A stretch of 64,000 nt of DNA from an uncultured Verrucomicrobiae bacterium (GTDB lineage Bacteria; Verrucomicrobiota; Verrucomicrobiia; Chthoniobacterales; UBA10450), in NCBI GenBank assembly GCA_963753675.1, contig CAVWCZ010000006.1, positions 173,426-237,425 of the forward strand, given 5' to 3'. This document shows, in pieces, positions 1 to 9,907 of the stretch (position 1 is the stretch's first letter; each line of letters opens with the position of its first letter). The notes under the pieces are model-generated. The model saw only the letters and a program-made list of their open reading frames with translations, ran no database searches and was not told the origin of the DNA. Made by a program: the position numbers and the translations under genes.

Positions 1-702
1 TCCCTGATAATCCAGAAATTTGAACGTCTTGAAGAATTGGAAACCAGCGATACCGCCGTTAAACAAAAAGCCAGCGATTGCGAACGTGCCGCCCCAGCGA
101 TAAAAGCCATAGAAGATCGCAAGCGATGAGAGCAACCCCACCCAAACCAATCCCGTAAGCAGATCCACGTGAACCAGCGATAACAGCGCATTAAACAGAT
201 CGATGCCCGCCGGATATCTCAACTTGCTAAAAACAAAGATCGGACTGTCCGGCCAGAGCGCGACGCCATTCGCAAAATTGTTGATCAGCGTCAGATGCAG
301 GGAAAGATCGCCGAGGTTATTCGGGGACTGGATCTTTAGTTCGCTGCCATCGATGTAAAGCAACCAACAAAACGATCGCACAGCGAACATCGCGAAGCAG
401 ACCGCGACCGCCCAAAACCAGATGCTTCGATAGCGCGTGAGTGCCGATGAGATTCCTGTTTTTGACGTTTCTTCTACACCAAAATTTTTTCGAGGCTTGT
501 GATCTGCTTGCGACTCATCCGTTGCGTCCTCTCGAATCCTGCTGTCGCGTGTTCCAAAACATGCGGCAACGGCAAATGCGAAGCCGCATATCAGCGCGAG
601 AGCCGCGCTCCATGTGGTTAGGCCTTTGCCCGCCAATCCCAGGAGCAGCCCGCAGACTGCCGAAAGATTAACAAACGTGACTGCCGCGGTCACCCACTTC
701 AT
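1..702 (-). CDS. integral membrane protein, N-terminal part only (gene runs off left edge)
   Basis: Own translation of the minus strand. ATG at 702-700 (MKWVTAAVTFVNLSAVCGLLLGLAG...) stays open to base 1. It is absent from the ORF track because there is no stop in the window. Several hydrophobic helices. The start overlaps the stop of the upstream gene (ATGA at 699-702). Confidence 0.6.
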   Translation of the reverse strand, partial: MKWVTAAVTFVNLSAVCGLLLGLAGKGLTTWSAALALICGFAFAVAACFGTRDSRIREDATDESQADHKPRKNFGVEETSKTGISSALTRYRSIWFWAVAVCFAMFAVRSFCWLLYIDGSELKIQSPNNLGDLSLHLTLINNFANGVALWPDSPIFVFSKLRYPAGIDLFNALLSLVHVDLLTGLVWVGLLSSLAIFYGFYRWGGTFAIAGFLFNGGIAGFQFFKTFKFLDYQG

Positions 703-2399
703 TGAGTCTTAGCCGGTGACGCCGCCGGGGTGGGATGCGGTGCGCTCCCATCAAAGTCCGGCTTCCTGCCGGGGAAGATGTCTTTGAACACAGGTGCGCT
801 GAAGAAAGCCTTCGACGGGTCCTGGAAGTTTCGAATCGTCAGCATTTCAGTGTAATAAGTGCCTTTCAACTTCGACTCGACGGTTTTGATTTTGTCCTGT
901 TGCACGAGAAGAAAATCGCCATCGAGATTCGCCGGCATGTTTCCACCTTCGTAATAACCGACTCGATCGAAATCACCCAGCATCCAGGGAAGGGGATACA
1001 CACTGGAGCGAATAAGGTGCCCGGTGAGGTGGTAGTTGGATGGGTCCCGTTTTGCCAGCGTGAGCAGAGGTTTCGTAAATTTAAAGATGTCGTTGTACGT
1101 CTGGACGTACACATACGGCTCGTCAGGAGAAGAGCATTTGAAATAATTTAACCAGATGCTGGAAGCGAGGGATATCAACAACACCACGGCGATCGTACGT
1201 TGAGCGAGACGTAAATGTTTTGGACGAACCAGCAAAATCGCCCCGCCGAAGACAAATAGTAATGGCCAGCCGAAGCTAATGATGCACCACGGAGTTTTGT
1301 ATTTTACGATGCTGTAAGCAACGAGGCTGCCCACACCGTAGATCGCCAGATAGCGCAGACTAAGGTTTTTCAGTTTTTGGCAAAACAGACACAGAATTAA
1401 TCCTACGAGCATCGGCAGCTCGTAGCCGAAAAAGTCTGCTCGTTTGATATCGAAGTGTGGCATCATCAACCCCACCCAGTAATCCCATGGCTTTTCATGG
1501 CCGTGTCCCGCGACGCCCGTCTCGCTCCACGCCTTAAATGCCAGATATAGACCTTTGACGCCGCTCCAGTTAAAGAACGTACCCGAGTAGAAAAAGACGA
1601 TGGCAAATCCACCGACGATCACGATCATAACGAGATCGATCCAGCTCCACGTCTGTTTCGCAGGCTTGGCGTCCGGAACGCGATTTAACGCGTACGAAAC
1701 TGCCAGAGTTGGAATTGCGAGCAGGGCGCAGGCAACATGAATGGCGTAGGTCTCCTTGGTCAGAACCATGCCGGTTAATCCTATGCCCGCGTACCACAAA
1801 TATCGCAGCGTGCCGCGTTTCCACAGACCGAGTAGTCCCAAAATGAACATCATCGAGAAAAACTGCAGCCATACTTCATGAATGGCGTAGCGGCCGTAGA
1901 AAACAAATCCAGGCGACACCGCCATCGCCAGCGCTGCGATTCGGCTGACGTTTCGTCCTACAAATGGCTCGAATTTAAACGCCAGCCAGACACAAGCGAT
2001 GCTCACCAGTACCACCGGCAAACGCAGTGCCCAGATATTGCGACCGAACAAACTCTCAAACAGCAGGAGCACGTAGAAGTGCAGCGGCCCGTGGTAATTG
2101 GTCGGGTCGTAGCGATAAAACCCGTTTTTCATCACCTGGTCGACGAACCATCCGTTGATGCCCTCGTCGAAGTGGGGCGGTTTGATACCCAAAAGGAAAA
2201 AGCGCAGGAACACAGCCAGTGCGAGAATCAACCACGGCACCCAGTCCGTTTCCGCGAAACCGCCCTTCCAATGGCCCAGGTAATTGCGGGCTCGCGCCGT
2301 TGCCGGAGCAGATTCTACTAGCGCGCTGCGCTCGGCACTGCTAGTACGCGCTGCCATGCGCATCCTTGTCACCGGTGGCTGCGGATTCATTGGGAGCAA
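699..2399 (-). CDS. GT-C fold membrane glycosyltransferase (ArnT/PMT-like, resembles TIGR03663-type proteins)
   Basis: 566-aa ORF with many TM helices. The first loop motif FDEGINGWF and HGPLHFY are typical of the GT-C family. The true start is probably downstream of 2399, because that start would overlap the divergent rfbB. Confidence 0.6.
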   Translation of the reverse strand: MLPMNPQPPVTRMRMAARTSSAERSALVESAPATARARNYLGHWKGGFAETDWVPWLILALAVFLRFFLLGIKPPHFDEGINGWFVDQVMKNGFYRYDPTNYHGPLHFYVLLLFESLFGRNIWALRLPVVLVSIACVWLAFKFEPFVGRNVSRIAALAMAVSPGFVFYGRYAIHEVWLQFFSMMFILGLLGLWKRGTLRYLWYAGIGLTGMVLTKETYAIHVACALLAIPTLAVSYALNRVPDAKPAKQTWSWIDLVMIVIVGGFAIVFFYSGTFFNWSGVKGLYLAFKAWSETGVAGHGHEKPWDYWVGLMMPHFDIKRADFFGYELPMLVGLILCLFCQKLKNLSLRYLAIYGVGSLVAYSIVKYKTPWCIISFGWPLLFVFGGAILLVRPKHLRLAQRTIAVVLLISLASSIWLNYFKCSSPDEPYVYVQTYNDIFKFTKPLLTLAKRDPSNYHLTGHLIRSSVYPLPWMLGDFDRVGYYEGGNMPANLDGDFLLVQQDKIKTVESKLKGTYYTEMLTIRNFQDPSKAFFSAPVFKDIFPGRKPDFDGSAPHPTPAASPAKTQ

Positions 2400-3345
2400 C
2401 TTTATTCGGTATATTTTGCAACATTACAAGCCCGCATTCGTCACGAATGTTGATGTGCTCACTTATGCCGGAAACATCGCCAATCTTGAGGGTGTGGTCG
2501 AAGAACATGGCGAGCGTTACGAATTTTTCAAAGCCGATATCGCGAATCCCGACCTGATGGATGCATTGATGACGGAGCATCGGTTCTACGCAGTGATTAA
2601 TTTCGCGGCGGAATCGCATGTGGACCGCAGCATCAATGATCCCCTCAATTTTATTCATACCAACGTCATTGGCACAAGCGTGCTATTGGACTGTGCGCGA
2701 CGCCACGGCGTTCAGCGATTTATCCAAATCTCGACGGATGAGGTATATGGATCGCTCGGGTCCACAGGCAGATTCACCGAGCAATCGCCGCTCGATCCCA
2801 GCTCGCCATATTCAGCCAGCAAATCCGCGGCCGATCTGCTCGTGCTCGCTTCTTACAAAACCTACAGCCAGGATGTGCTGGTGACGCGGTGCTCGAACAA
2901 CTACGGTCCGTATCAATTCCCGGAAAAATTAATTCCGTTGATGATTATCAAGGCGATCCGTGACGAGCCGCTGCCGGTATATGGCGACGGCATGAACGTG
3001 CGTGACTGGATCCATGTGGACGATCATTGCGCTGCGATTGTCTCCGCGCTTTTCGAAGGCAAACCGGGAAGAGTTTACAATTTCGGCGGCAATAGTGAGA
3101 TGGTGAATCTCGAGCTCGTGAAAATGATTCTCGACAGGCTGGGTAAATCGCACACTCTCATTTCATTTGTGCCCGACAGACTTGGCCACGATCGCCGGTA
3201 CGCGATCGATTCTTCGTTCGCGCAACGTGAGTTGGACTGGAAGCCGCGCCACAGTTTCAAGGAAGGTCTCGATGAGACGATTCAGTGGTACGTCGATAAC
3301 ACTTCCTGGTGGCAACCGCTCCTCGAGCGCACAGGGCGCTATTGA
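2356..3345 (+). CDS. rfbB: dTDP-glucose 4,6-dehydratase
   Basis: MRILVTGGCGFIGSNF Rossmann motif, catalytic YSASK, and full-length family resemblance. Start placed at the internal ATG 2356 of ORF 2284..3345. Confidence 0.9.
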   Translation: MRILVTGGCGFIGSNFIRYILQHYKPAFVTNVDVLTYAGNIANLEGVVEEHGERYEFFKADIANPDLMDALMTEHRFYAVINFAAESHVDRSINDPLNFIHTNVIGTSVLLDCARRHGVQRFIQISTDEVYGSLGSTGRFTEQSPLDPSSPYSASKSAADLLVLASYKTYSQDVLVTRCSNNYGPYQFPEKLIPLMIIKAIRDEPLPVYGDGMNVRDWIHVDDHCAAIVSALFEGKPGRVYNFGGNSEMVNLELVKMILDRLGKSHTLISFVPDRLGHDRRYAIDSSFAQRELDWKPRHSFKEGLDETIQWYVDNTSWWQPLLERTGRY

Positions 3346-3528
3346 GCTGTCGCCACGCCTGGTCGAGAGGTTTTCCCGCATCGCTCTGCTTCAAAGTACG
3401 CCCGCAGATTGCGCGGATTAAACAGATTTATTCAGGTCTGCTCAAGTACCCTCAGAGAAAATTTATGAAAATCTGCGTAATCCGTGGATTTGCGGCTGGG
3501 CTTTGCTACCGCTACAATTTTCGTCCGT

Positions 3529-5055
3529 ATGATGAAGTTACTGCGCAAGCACAAGGACTGGCTGATGATTGTGATCGCGATTCTCGCCATCCCGTTCATT
3601 TTCTATTTTGTTCAACGGCCGGATTACGGGGCCATGCGTTCCGATCAATTCGCCCGGATTTATGATCGAAACGTTTCGATGTTGGAAGCACAGCAATTTG
3701 TCCGGCTTCTCAGTCTGGCGCAGGCCCTGGGTATGTCTGATTTTGTGGGCACAATGACAGCTGGCGCCGGGATGGACCAGAATCAGGCCGGCGTCCAATT
3801 CATCGTGAACTTGCTGGTTCTGCGACATGAGGCAGACCGACTGGGGCTACGCGCCAGTGCCTCGGAAATTGCAGATGTGGTACGCAAACTCCCGGCGTTT
3901 CAGGGCGATTCGGGTTTCGACATTAACAAATTCAATAATCTTGTGCAGAATGGACTCGCGCCGCTGGGTCTCTCTGAAGAGCACATCGAACAGCTGGTGC
4001 GCGATCAGATTTCTCTGAACGAAATCCAGCGTCTTCTGGCTGCCGGGGTTTCGGTTCCCAAGAACGAATTGGATGAAAACTTTCAGCGCGGTTACGACAA
4101 ATTCCACGTCAGCGTGATTCGATTTCACGCCGCCGATTTCGAGAAAGACATTCAGGTTACCGACGAAGACGTCCAGAAATATTACGATGCTCACAAGGCG
4201 GAGCTCAAAACCGATGAGAAGCGTAAAGTCGAGTTTGTTCAACTGACGCTGACGGCCGAGGAAAAAAAGTTGAAGGGCAAGGAACGGATCGAGGCGTTAC
4301 AGAAGCTGGCCGATCGCGCTACCGACTTCACGCAGGCGCTGCTGCAGAAGGACGCGGACTTCAAGCAAGCCGCCGCGAAATTTCAATTGCCATTGCATGA
4401 GACCGGCGAGTTCACCGTAGCCGAGCCTGACCCGCAGCTAAAAATCGATCCGCAGCTTGGCGCCGCGGCTTTCAAGTTATCGGCACGAGAACCGAACAGC
4501 GACCCCGTTCAAGTGCCGGATGGTTTTTACATCTTGCATCTCACCGGGACTATCGAGGCGCGTCCGCTCACGCTTGAAGAAGCCAAACCGAAAATCGTGG
4601 ACGCGCTGAAGAAAGCTCGGTCGCGGGAGATAATGTCAAACAAAGGCGCGGAGCTGGTACAGCAACTTCGGGAAGCAAAAAAATCTGGTCAGCCGCTTCA
4701 AGCCGCAATTCAAAAAACCGGGGTAAAACCTGAAAAGCTCCCGCCGTTTTCCTTGATCCAAGAGGAAGAGGAGAAGAGTGAAGATAAGAAACCAAAAAAT
4801 GAAGCGACCGAACTGCTGGCAGTAAAAGATGCCGTGGCATTCTTGAAGCCAGGAGATATCAGCGACTTTGTGCCTTCTGGTACTGACGGATTCATCGCCA
4901 TTCTGGAAACACGAGAACCGTTGCCGGAGGCGACAGCTAATGAGAAAAAAGCGGCATTCGAAAAGAGAATGCTCGATAACAAGGAACGGATTGTTCTCTT
5001 CGAATGGTTGCGCGACCGGCAGCAAGCCGCAGGTCTGGAATTTAAGAAAGGGTAA
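3529..5055 (+). CDS. PpiD/SurA-like periplasmic chaperone (peptidyl-prolyl isomerase family)
   Basis: N-terminal membrane anchor MMKLLRKHKDWLMIVIAILAIPFIFYF followed by a long chaperone-like domain with a parvulin-like region (DGFYILHL). Start moved to ATG 3529. Confidence 0.65.
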   Translation: MMKLLRKHKDWLMIVIAILAIPFIFYFVQRPDYGAMRSDQFARIYDRNVSMLEAQQFVRLLSLAQALGMSDFVGTMTAGAGMDQNQAGVQFIVNLLVLRHEADRLGLRASASEIADVVRKLPAFQGDSGFDINKFNNLVQNGLAPLGLSEEHIEQLVRDQISLNEIQRLLAAGVSVPKNELDENFQRGYDKFHVSVIRFHAADFEKDIQVTDEDVQKYYDAHKAELKTDEKRKVEFVQLTLTAEEKKLKGKERIEALQKLADRATDFTQALLQKDADFKQAAAKFQLPLHETGEFTVAEPDPQLKIDPQLGAAAFKLSAREPNSDPVQVPDGFYILHLTGTIEARPLTLEEAKPKIVDALKKARSREIMSNKGAELVQQLREAKKSGQPLQAAIQKTGVKPEKLPPFSLIQEEEEKSEDKKPKNEATELLAVKDAVAFLKPGDISDFVPSGTDGFIAILETREPLPEATANEKKAAFEKRMLDNKERIVLFEWLRDRQQAAGLEFKKG

Positions 5056-5159
5056 CGACGCCTTGGCACACGGCTGTGAGGCTGAAATCGAATCGTCCTC
5101 GTGGTCGTCATCGTCCTCAAATGGCGGATCGACGACGAGGATCAAAAGGAGGAGGACGA

Positions 5160-5492
5160 ATGGCGCAGGAGAACGCGGACGAAATTTTTGACGAAGCCAG
5201 CGGCGACATCGCCGTTGGCGACCTGGACAGCGCCGTAGAGAAATATCGACGCTGTGTCGAACTTGATTCCGAATTTTTCGACGGCTGGCACGCCCTCGGC
5301 ATGGCGCTGATGAAGCTGGGGCGGTTTGAAGAAGCCATCGAAGCGGGCAAACGGGCGGTGGAATTGCGGCCTAACGACCAAATCGGCTGGACAAGTCTTT
5401 CGCTCTTTTACAATCGCGCCGGCAACATAAAGGAAGCCGAAGCCGCCGGCACGAAAGCGAAGATTTTGAGTTGGGGCGGTAAGGTAAAGTAG
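5160..5492 (+). CDS. TPR repeat protein
   Basis: Three TPR-like repeats (AVEKYRRCVELDSEFFDGWHALGMALMKLGRFEEAIEAGKRAVELRPND...). ATG 5160 is preceded by AAGGAGGAGG at 5146-5155. Confidence 0.7.
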   Translation: MAQENADEIFDEASGDIAVGDLDSAVEKYRRCVELDSEFFDGWHALGMALMKLGRFEEAIEAGKRAVELRPNDQIGWTSLSLFYNRAGNIKEAEAAGTKAKILSWGGKVK

Positions 5493-5545
5493 TGCGAGCC
5501 TCCGGGCTTGCGACGATTGCAAGCGAGACGTATGCGCTACACAGA

Positions 5546-7639
5546 TCACCAGATGTTGACGCGCTTGTTAGCGGGCTGAACCATAGGTGAATTATCGGAA
5601 ATATTGAATGCCTGCTGAAACTCCGGCAGGTCCGAGAGCGGGCCGTTCACGCGAAAATGTGCCGGGGAATGTGGATCGGTGTTCAAACGTAACTTCTGGT
5701 CTGCATCGCGAATCTTCGATCGCCAGATGGCCGCGAAGGAAAGGAAGAAACGTTGATCCGGCGTGAAACCATCAATTTTTCTGGTGCGTTCTTCGGGGTT
5801 TTTCGCCAGCGCTTTCTGTAATGCTGCGTAGGCGAGTTTCACACCGCCGATGTCCGCGATGTTTTCACCCTGAGTCAGCTCGCCATTTACGTGCAATCCC
5901 GGCAACGCCTCGTATGCGTTGTATTGAGCGACGACGGCCTTGCGACGCTTGTCGTATTCCTTCGCCGATTGCGGCGACCACCAGTCGCGCAAGTTTCCGC
6001 TGGCATCATACTGGCGCCCCTGATCGTCAAAACCGTGCGTCATTTCGTGACCAATCACAGCGCCGATCGCACCGTAATTCACGGCATCATCCGCATTCGC
6101 ATAGAAGAAAGGCGGCTGCAAAATGCCGGCCGGAAAAACGATTTCGTTGCGGTTCGGTGAATAATAGGCGTTCACTGTCGGCGGCGTCATGCCCCATTCT
6201 GTGGGATCGACCGGTTTGCCGATCTTGTCGATGTCGCGCGTAGTGGCGAATTCCGACGCGCGAATGTCATTCAGGACGTAAGGGCCGCGGTCGATGGGCA
6301 ACAGTGAGTAATCCAGCCATTTGTCGGGGTATCCGATTTTCACCTGCATCGCGGCCAGTTTTTTCAACGCCTGATCCTTGGTGGGCTGATCCATCCAGTC
6401 GAGCGTCTTGATTCGGTCCGCTAGCGCTTCCTTCAGGTTGTTGACCATCTCGAGCGCGCGTGCCTTTGCTTCGGGCGGAAAATTGTAAGCGACGTAAAGC
6501 TTGCCCAGTGCCTCGCCAATCGCGTTGTTTTCGGACTCGACCACGCGTTTCCAGCGCGGTTTGATCTGCTGCGCACCACGCAGGGTTCGCTCCTTGAAAT
6601 TGAAATCTTCATTCACAAAATTTTTCGAAAGATCCGAGGCCGTTGCGTCGATCAGGTGCCAGCGCAGATAGGCTTTGAAATCGTCCAGTGGCGTTTCTTT
6701 GAAGACCTGATCTGCCGTTTTGAAAAATTCCGGCTGATGAACATTAACGTTCTGTGGCGAGAGAAGGTTTATTTGGTTGAAGTAATCGCCCCAATTCCAG
6801 TCCGGCGTCAGATCCTGCAATTGCCGCACCGGCATCTTATTGTAGTTCTTCTTCGGATCGCGCAGTTGCACCCGGGTTCGCGACGACTGGGCGAGCTTCG
6901 TTTCCAAGGCCAGGATCTTCCTGGCTTCCTCCTGCGCTTTTGGCGCGGGTTCGCCGAGCAGCGTCAGCATCTTGGCCACGTGATCGACGTATTGATCGCG
7001 TAACTTCTTCGATGCTTCATCCGTTTTTGTGTAGTAATCGCGATCCGGCAAACCGAGCCCGCCTTGAACTGCCTGGGCGATCTCATGTGTGCTGTCTTTC
7101 GAATCGGGACTCGATCCGAAATTGAACAGGACAGGAATTCCCATGGAATGCAGATGAGCAATTTCCTTTTGCAACGCACCGCGATCGTTGATGGCGTCGA
7201 TCTTCTTAAATTCATCATCGAGCGGTTTGGCTCCCGAAGCTTCTATTGTTTTCTCGTCCATGCCGCTGGCGTAAAAGTCTCCGACTTTTTGCGGTTCGGG
7301 CGCCATTCGCGGATCGACTTTTGTGTTTTCCGCTTTCTCGGCGATCTCATGGAGCGCATCGTTATTGTGCTCAATCAACTCGTTGAAGCTTCCCCAGCGC
7401 GTGTATTCGGGGGGAATCTCAGTGCGCTTGATCCAACCTCCGTTCGCGTAGAGGAAAAAGTCATCACCCGGTTTCAACGCAGTATCGAAATTGCTGGAAT
7501 CGATCGGCTTCTGATTCTGTCCAGTTGACGTTGCGCTTTGGCCTGGATGGTCGGCTCCTGCCGGTTGCGACGGTTTCGATTGGGCCAGAAGACCAACTGC
7601 ACAAAGAAGCGAAATAATGGTAGCGATGAATGACTTCAT
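5546..7639 (-). CDS. M13 family zinc metallopeptidase (neprilysin/PepO-like), secreted
   Basis: 697 aa with a signal peptide, HEMTHGFD zinc motif, downstream GENIADIGG motif, and family-wide similarity. Confidence 0.9.
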   Translation of the reverse strand: MKSFIATIISLLCAVGLLAQSKPSQPAGADHPGQSATSTGQNQKPIDSSNFDTALKPGDDFFLYANGGWIKRTEIPPEYTRWGSFNELIEHNNDALHEIAEKAENTKVDPRMAPEPQKVGDFYASGMDEKTIEASGAKPLDDEFKKIDAINDRGALQKEIAHLHSMGIPVLFNFGSSPDSKDSTHEIAQAVQGGLGLPDRDYYTKTDEASKKLRDQYVDHVAKMLTLLGEPAPKAQEEARKILALETKLAQSSRTRVQLRDPKKNYNKMPVRQLQDLTPDWNWGDYFNQINLLSPQNVNVHQPEFFKTADQVFKETPLDDFKAYLRWHLIDATASDLSKNFVNEDFNFKERTLRGAQQIKPRWKRVVESENNAIGEALGKLYVAYNFPPEAKARALEMVNNLKEALADRIKTLDWMDQPTKDQALKKLAAMQVKIGYPDKWLDYSLLPIDRGPYVLNDIRASEFATTRDIDKIGKPVDPTEWGMTPPTVNAYYSPNRNEIVFPAGILQPPFFYANADDAVNYGAIGAVIGHEMTHGFDDQGRQYDASGNLRDWWSPQSAKEYDKRRKAVVAQYNAYEALPGLHVNGELTQGENIADIGGVKLAYAALQKALAKNPEERTRKIDGFTPDQRFFLSFAAIWRSKIRDADQKLRLNTDPHSPAHFRVNGPLSDLPEFQQAFNISDNSPMVQPANKRVNIW

Positions 7640-7723
7640 GATTTGGAAAACAAAATGAATAGCTGCTGCTTATTCAAGCGAATTAGACCTCCCAAACGCA
7701 GTTCCGTTGAAAGAGCTCTGGAT

Positions 7724-7775
7724 AGCGCACACGTCCCCGTGTGCTGGTTTCGGCGTCGCGCCGAAACGATCTTTT
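7724..7775 (+). repeat. REP1 family, 3-prime half copy (double hairpin)
   Basis: gcacacgtccccgtgtgc tggtttcggcgtcgcgccgaaac matches the hairpin pair of the copies at 17962, 22272 and 25194. Confidence 0.6.
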
Positions 7776-7842
7776 CCGTTGGGTTCTCAAAACCAGGCAG
7801 CCGAGAAATCAACAGAGAAGTTCGCGATCGCGGGACGCGCTC

Positions 7843-7870
7843 GCCAGCACGCGAGACGCGTGCGCTCCCC
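7843..7870 (-). repeat. REP1 family partial copy, inverted orientation
   Basis: The reverse complement reads ggggagcgcacgcgtctcgcgtgctgg. This is the same ggggagc plus hairpin core as other REP1 copies. Confidence 0.45.
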
Positions 7871-7885
7871 AGAAATCTGTTCGCG

Positions 7886-8764
7886 CTACAGTTGCTCGAC
7901 TTTGTAACCGCGTCGTTGCAGTAGCGCGATTACGCTGTGCGGCCCGGAAAAATGCAGTGCGCCGGCGACGACCAATGTGGGCGTCCCTGACTTGATGCCG
8001 GCTTCCAGCTTGGGAATCCACTTTGCATTGCGTCGGTCAAGCAGCCGCCACCAAATCGTCGGCGCCTCTTTCATCTGCCTTACATGCATCGCGTACAGCC
8101 GGTTGGTGTCCCCGGATTTCCACGCTTCGACGTCCAGTCGAAACTGCTGTGCAGCTTCGGCAGAGTGAACCAGAGCCTGCAGCAAATACACTTCCCCCTC
8201 GATCATCTGCATATCGGAAAAGACACGAACATGTTCCTCCGCCGTTTCAAGGCCGCCGGTTAGCTTGGAGTAGCGGCGCGCAGCCTCCGCGACATGGTTA
8301 TCGACGCCGTAAATGTAACTGACCCCTTGGAGTTTCGGGTAATTCAAAAGCATCGCAATCGCCCACGGATAGAGATGCTGCCATTCGTTCATGCCATTGA
8401 GCGTGATCTTCTGTAAATACTTGTAGGTCTTTGGACTCAGCTTGCCTACGATCTGCTGGCCTCTTGGGAGTCTTATCGCTGCTCTGAATGTGGTTGCAAA
8501 AACATCGTTCTCCTTCGGATCCACTTCGAATACAATTTTTCGGGATTGCCTGATCGCTTGTTCAATTACCGGCGCGGTCTCATAATCCGACCGCTGCAAT
8601 TCATGCACCGAACCGAGCAGGTAGAATGGCGCGCGCGCATTGGTAACTCGCCAGAGACAATGTTTGGTGTTCGAAGCGACATCGGCAGCCGGCAGCCGGA
8701 ACGCCGCGGACAGAATGATCCCGGTCGCAGTAACGATAACAGCAATGCTCGATGGGGGGCGCAT
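7886..8764 (-). CDS. TraB/GumN family protein (secreted)
   Basis: C-terminal GALHFSGPHSVIALLQRRGYKVEQL and CLWRVTNARAPFYLLGSVH motifs typical of GumN. Start moved to MRPPSS at 8764. Confidence 0.8.
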   Translation of the reverse strand: MRPPSSIAVIVTATGIILSAAFRLPAADVASNTKHCLWRVTNARAPFYLLGSVHELQRSDYETAPVIEQAIRQSRKIVFEVDPKENDVFATTFRAAIRLPRGQQIVGKLSPKTYKYLQKITLNGMNEWQHLYPWAIAMLLNYPKLQGVSYIYGVDNHVAEAARRYSKLTGGLETAEEHVRVFSDMQMIEGEVYLLQALVHSAEAAQQFRLDVEAWKSGDTNRLYAMHVRQMKEAPTIWWRLLDRRNAKWIPKLEAGIKSGTPTLVVAGALHFSGPHSVIALLQRRGYKVEQL

Positions 8765-8790
8765 CAAGACGTCGATTTGTTTTTGTTCGT

Positions 8791-9723
8791 TTAAAGCTGT
8801 TCGATCACGTACCCGCGTTTTTTTAACAGCACGATAACGCTGCGCGGTCCGGAGAAATGAAGCGCGCCTGCGATAATCGCCGTCGGCTTGCCTCTTCTTA
8901 ATTCCGCCTCGATTCGCGGGACCCATTTTACATTGCGATCATCGACAAAGCGTGCGGCAATCGCGGGCGCTTTTGTGCGCAGGTGCGCGTCGCCTTTCCA
9001 GAGCGCGTTAGTATCGCCTTTACGCCACGCCTTGTACATCCTGCTGAACTCCCTCGCTCCGTTGTTCGGCTGGCTGAGGGCGTCCTGCAGCATAAATTCG
9101 CCGTCCCGATCGGACAATCCTCCCATCACTGCCACGTGTTCATTGACGGATTCGAGACCGGCGATCTCTTTTCCCGTTTTCATGGCGTGATCCACAAAAT
9201 AATTGTCCAGACCATGCGAGGCGGACGCCTTGCTGTACGCGGCAGGCGCGGCCAGATGCTGCGCAATCCACCATGGCTTGTAACGGAGCTGGCTATCGAA
9301 ACCCTCGACGCGCTCGCCGTTTCCCCTGCGACCCTCAGGCATCATGGTGAACATGTTCTTGCGGAGCCAAGCAAGAAGCTCCGGATGAATCTTCGAACGG
9401 ATGTCCTGGCCTCGCGGGTATTTTGCCGCGGCTTCGAATTTTTTCTGAAACTCGGCGTGCCGGGTGGGATCGAATTCAAACACGAAGCGGTTGCTGTCTT
9501 GTAACGCGATATCGTACGGCTCAGGCAAAGGGTAATCCTTTTGGCTAAGCGCATGGATCGAGCCGACGAGATAAAATGGAGCTTTAGCGTTGGTCACGCG
9601 CCATACGCAACATTTCGGAAATTTTTTGCTGTGCGGTGCTGCGTCCGCCGCCAGCGGGGTCAATGTCGAGACGACGAGCAATGAAATGAAACCGCCGGCA
9701 GCGCGTCGAACGGGGAAAAACAT
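8791..9723 (-). CDS. TraB/GumN family protein (secreted), tandem paralog
   Basis: Shares CVWRVTNAKAPFYLVGSIH and GALHFSGPRSVIVLLKKRGYVIEQL with the neighbouring gene. Confidence 0.8.
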   Translation of the reverse strand: MFFPVRRAAGGFISLLVVSTLTPLAADAAPHSKKFPKCCVWRVTNAKAPFYLVGSIHALSQKDYPLPEPYDIALQDSNRFVFEFDPTRHAEFQKKFEAAAKYPRGQDIRSKIHPELLAWLRKNMFTMMPEGRRGNGERVEGFDSQLRYKPWWIAQHLAAPAAYSKASASHGLDNYFVDHAMKTGKEIAGLESVNEHVAVMGGLSDRDGEFMLQDALSQPNNGAREFSRMYKAWRKGDTNALWKGDAHLRTKAPAIAARFVDDRNVKWVPRIEAELRRGKPTAIIAGALHFSGPRSVIVLLKKRGYVIEQL

Positions 9724-9907
9724 TTCCGGTTTTTAACGCGAAAAATTCGCAAGTCAAACGGTACTTTGCCCGACAGCGAGCAACAGTCCGTAAGAGCCCG
9801 GACCCAGGCCTGGCGAAACTGCGGCGGTGCCTGAATTCTCAAACATCAGGGCTGGCAACGGTCTGCTTCCTTGAGGTGAATGCGATTTTTGATACCATAG
9901 TCAAGGC

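Noticed and set aside
7643-8021. Several 60-95-aa ORFs (7643..7924, 7707..7907, 7741..7995, 7809..8021), and similar ones at 17907..18173, 22235..22417 and 25107..25307
   Set aside because: They are generated by REP1 repeat copies (recurring peptide SAENSGEHTPLACWFRRLAE). They are better explained as non-coding repeats than as genes.
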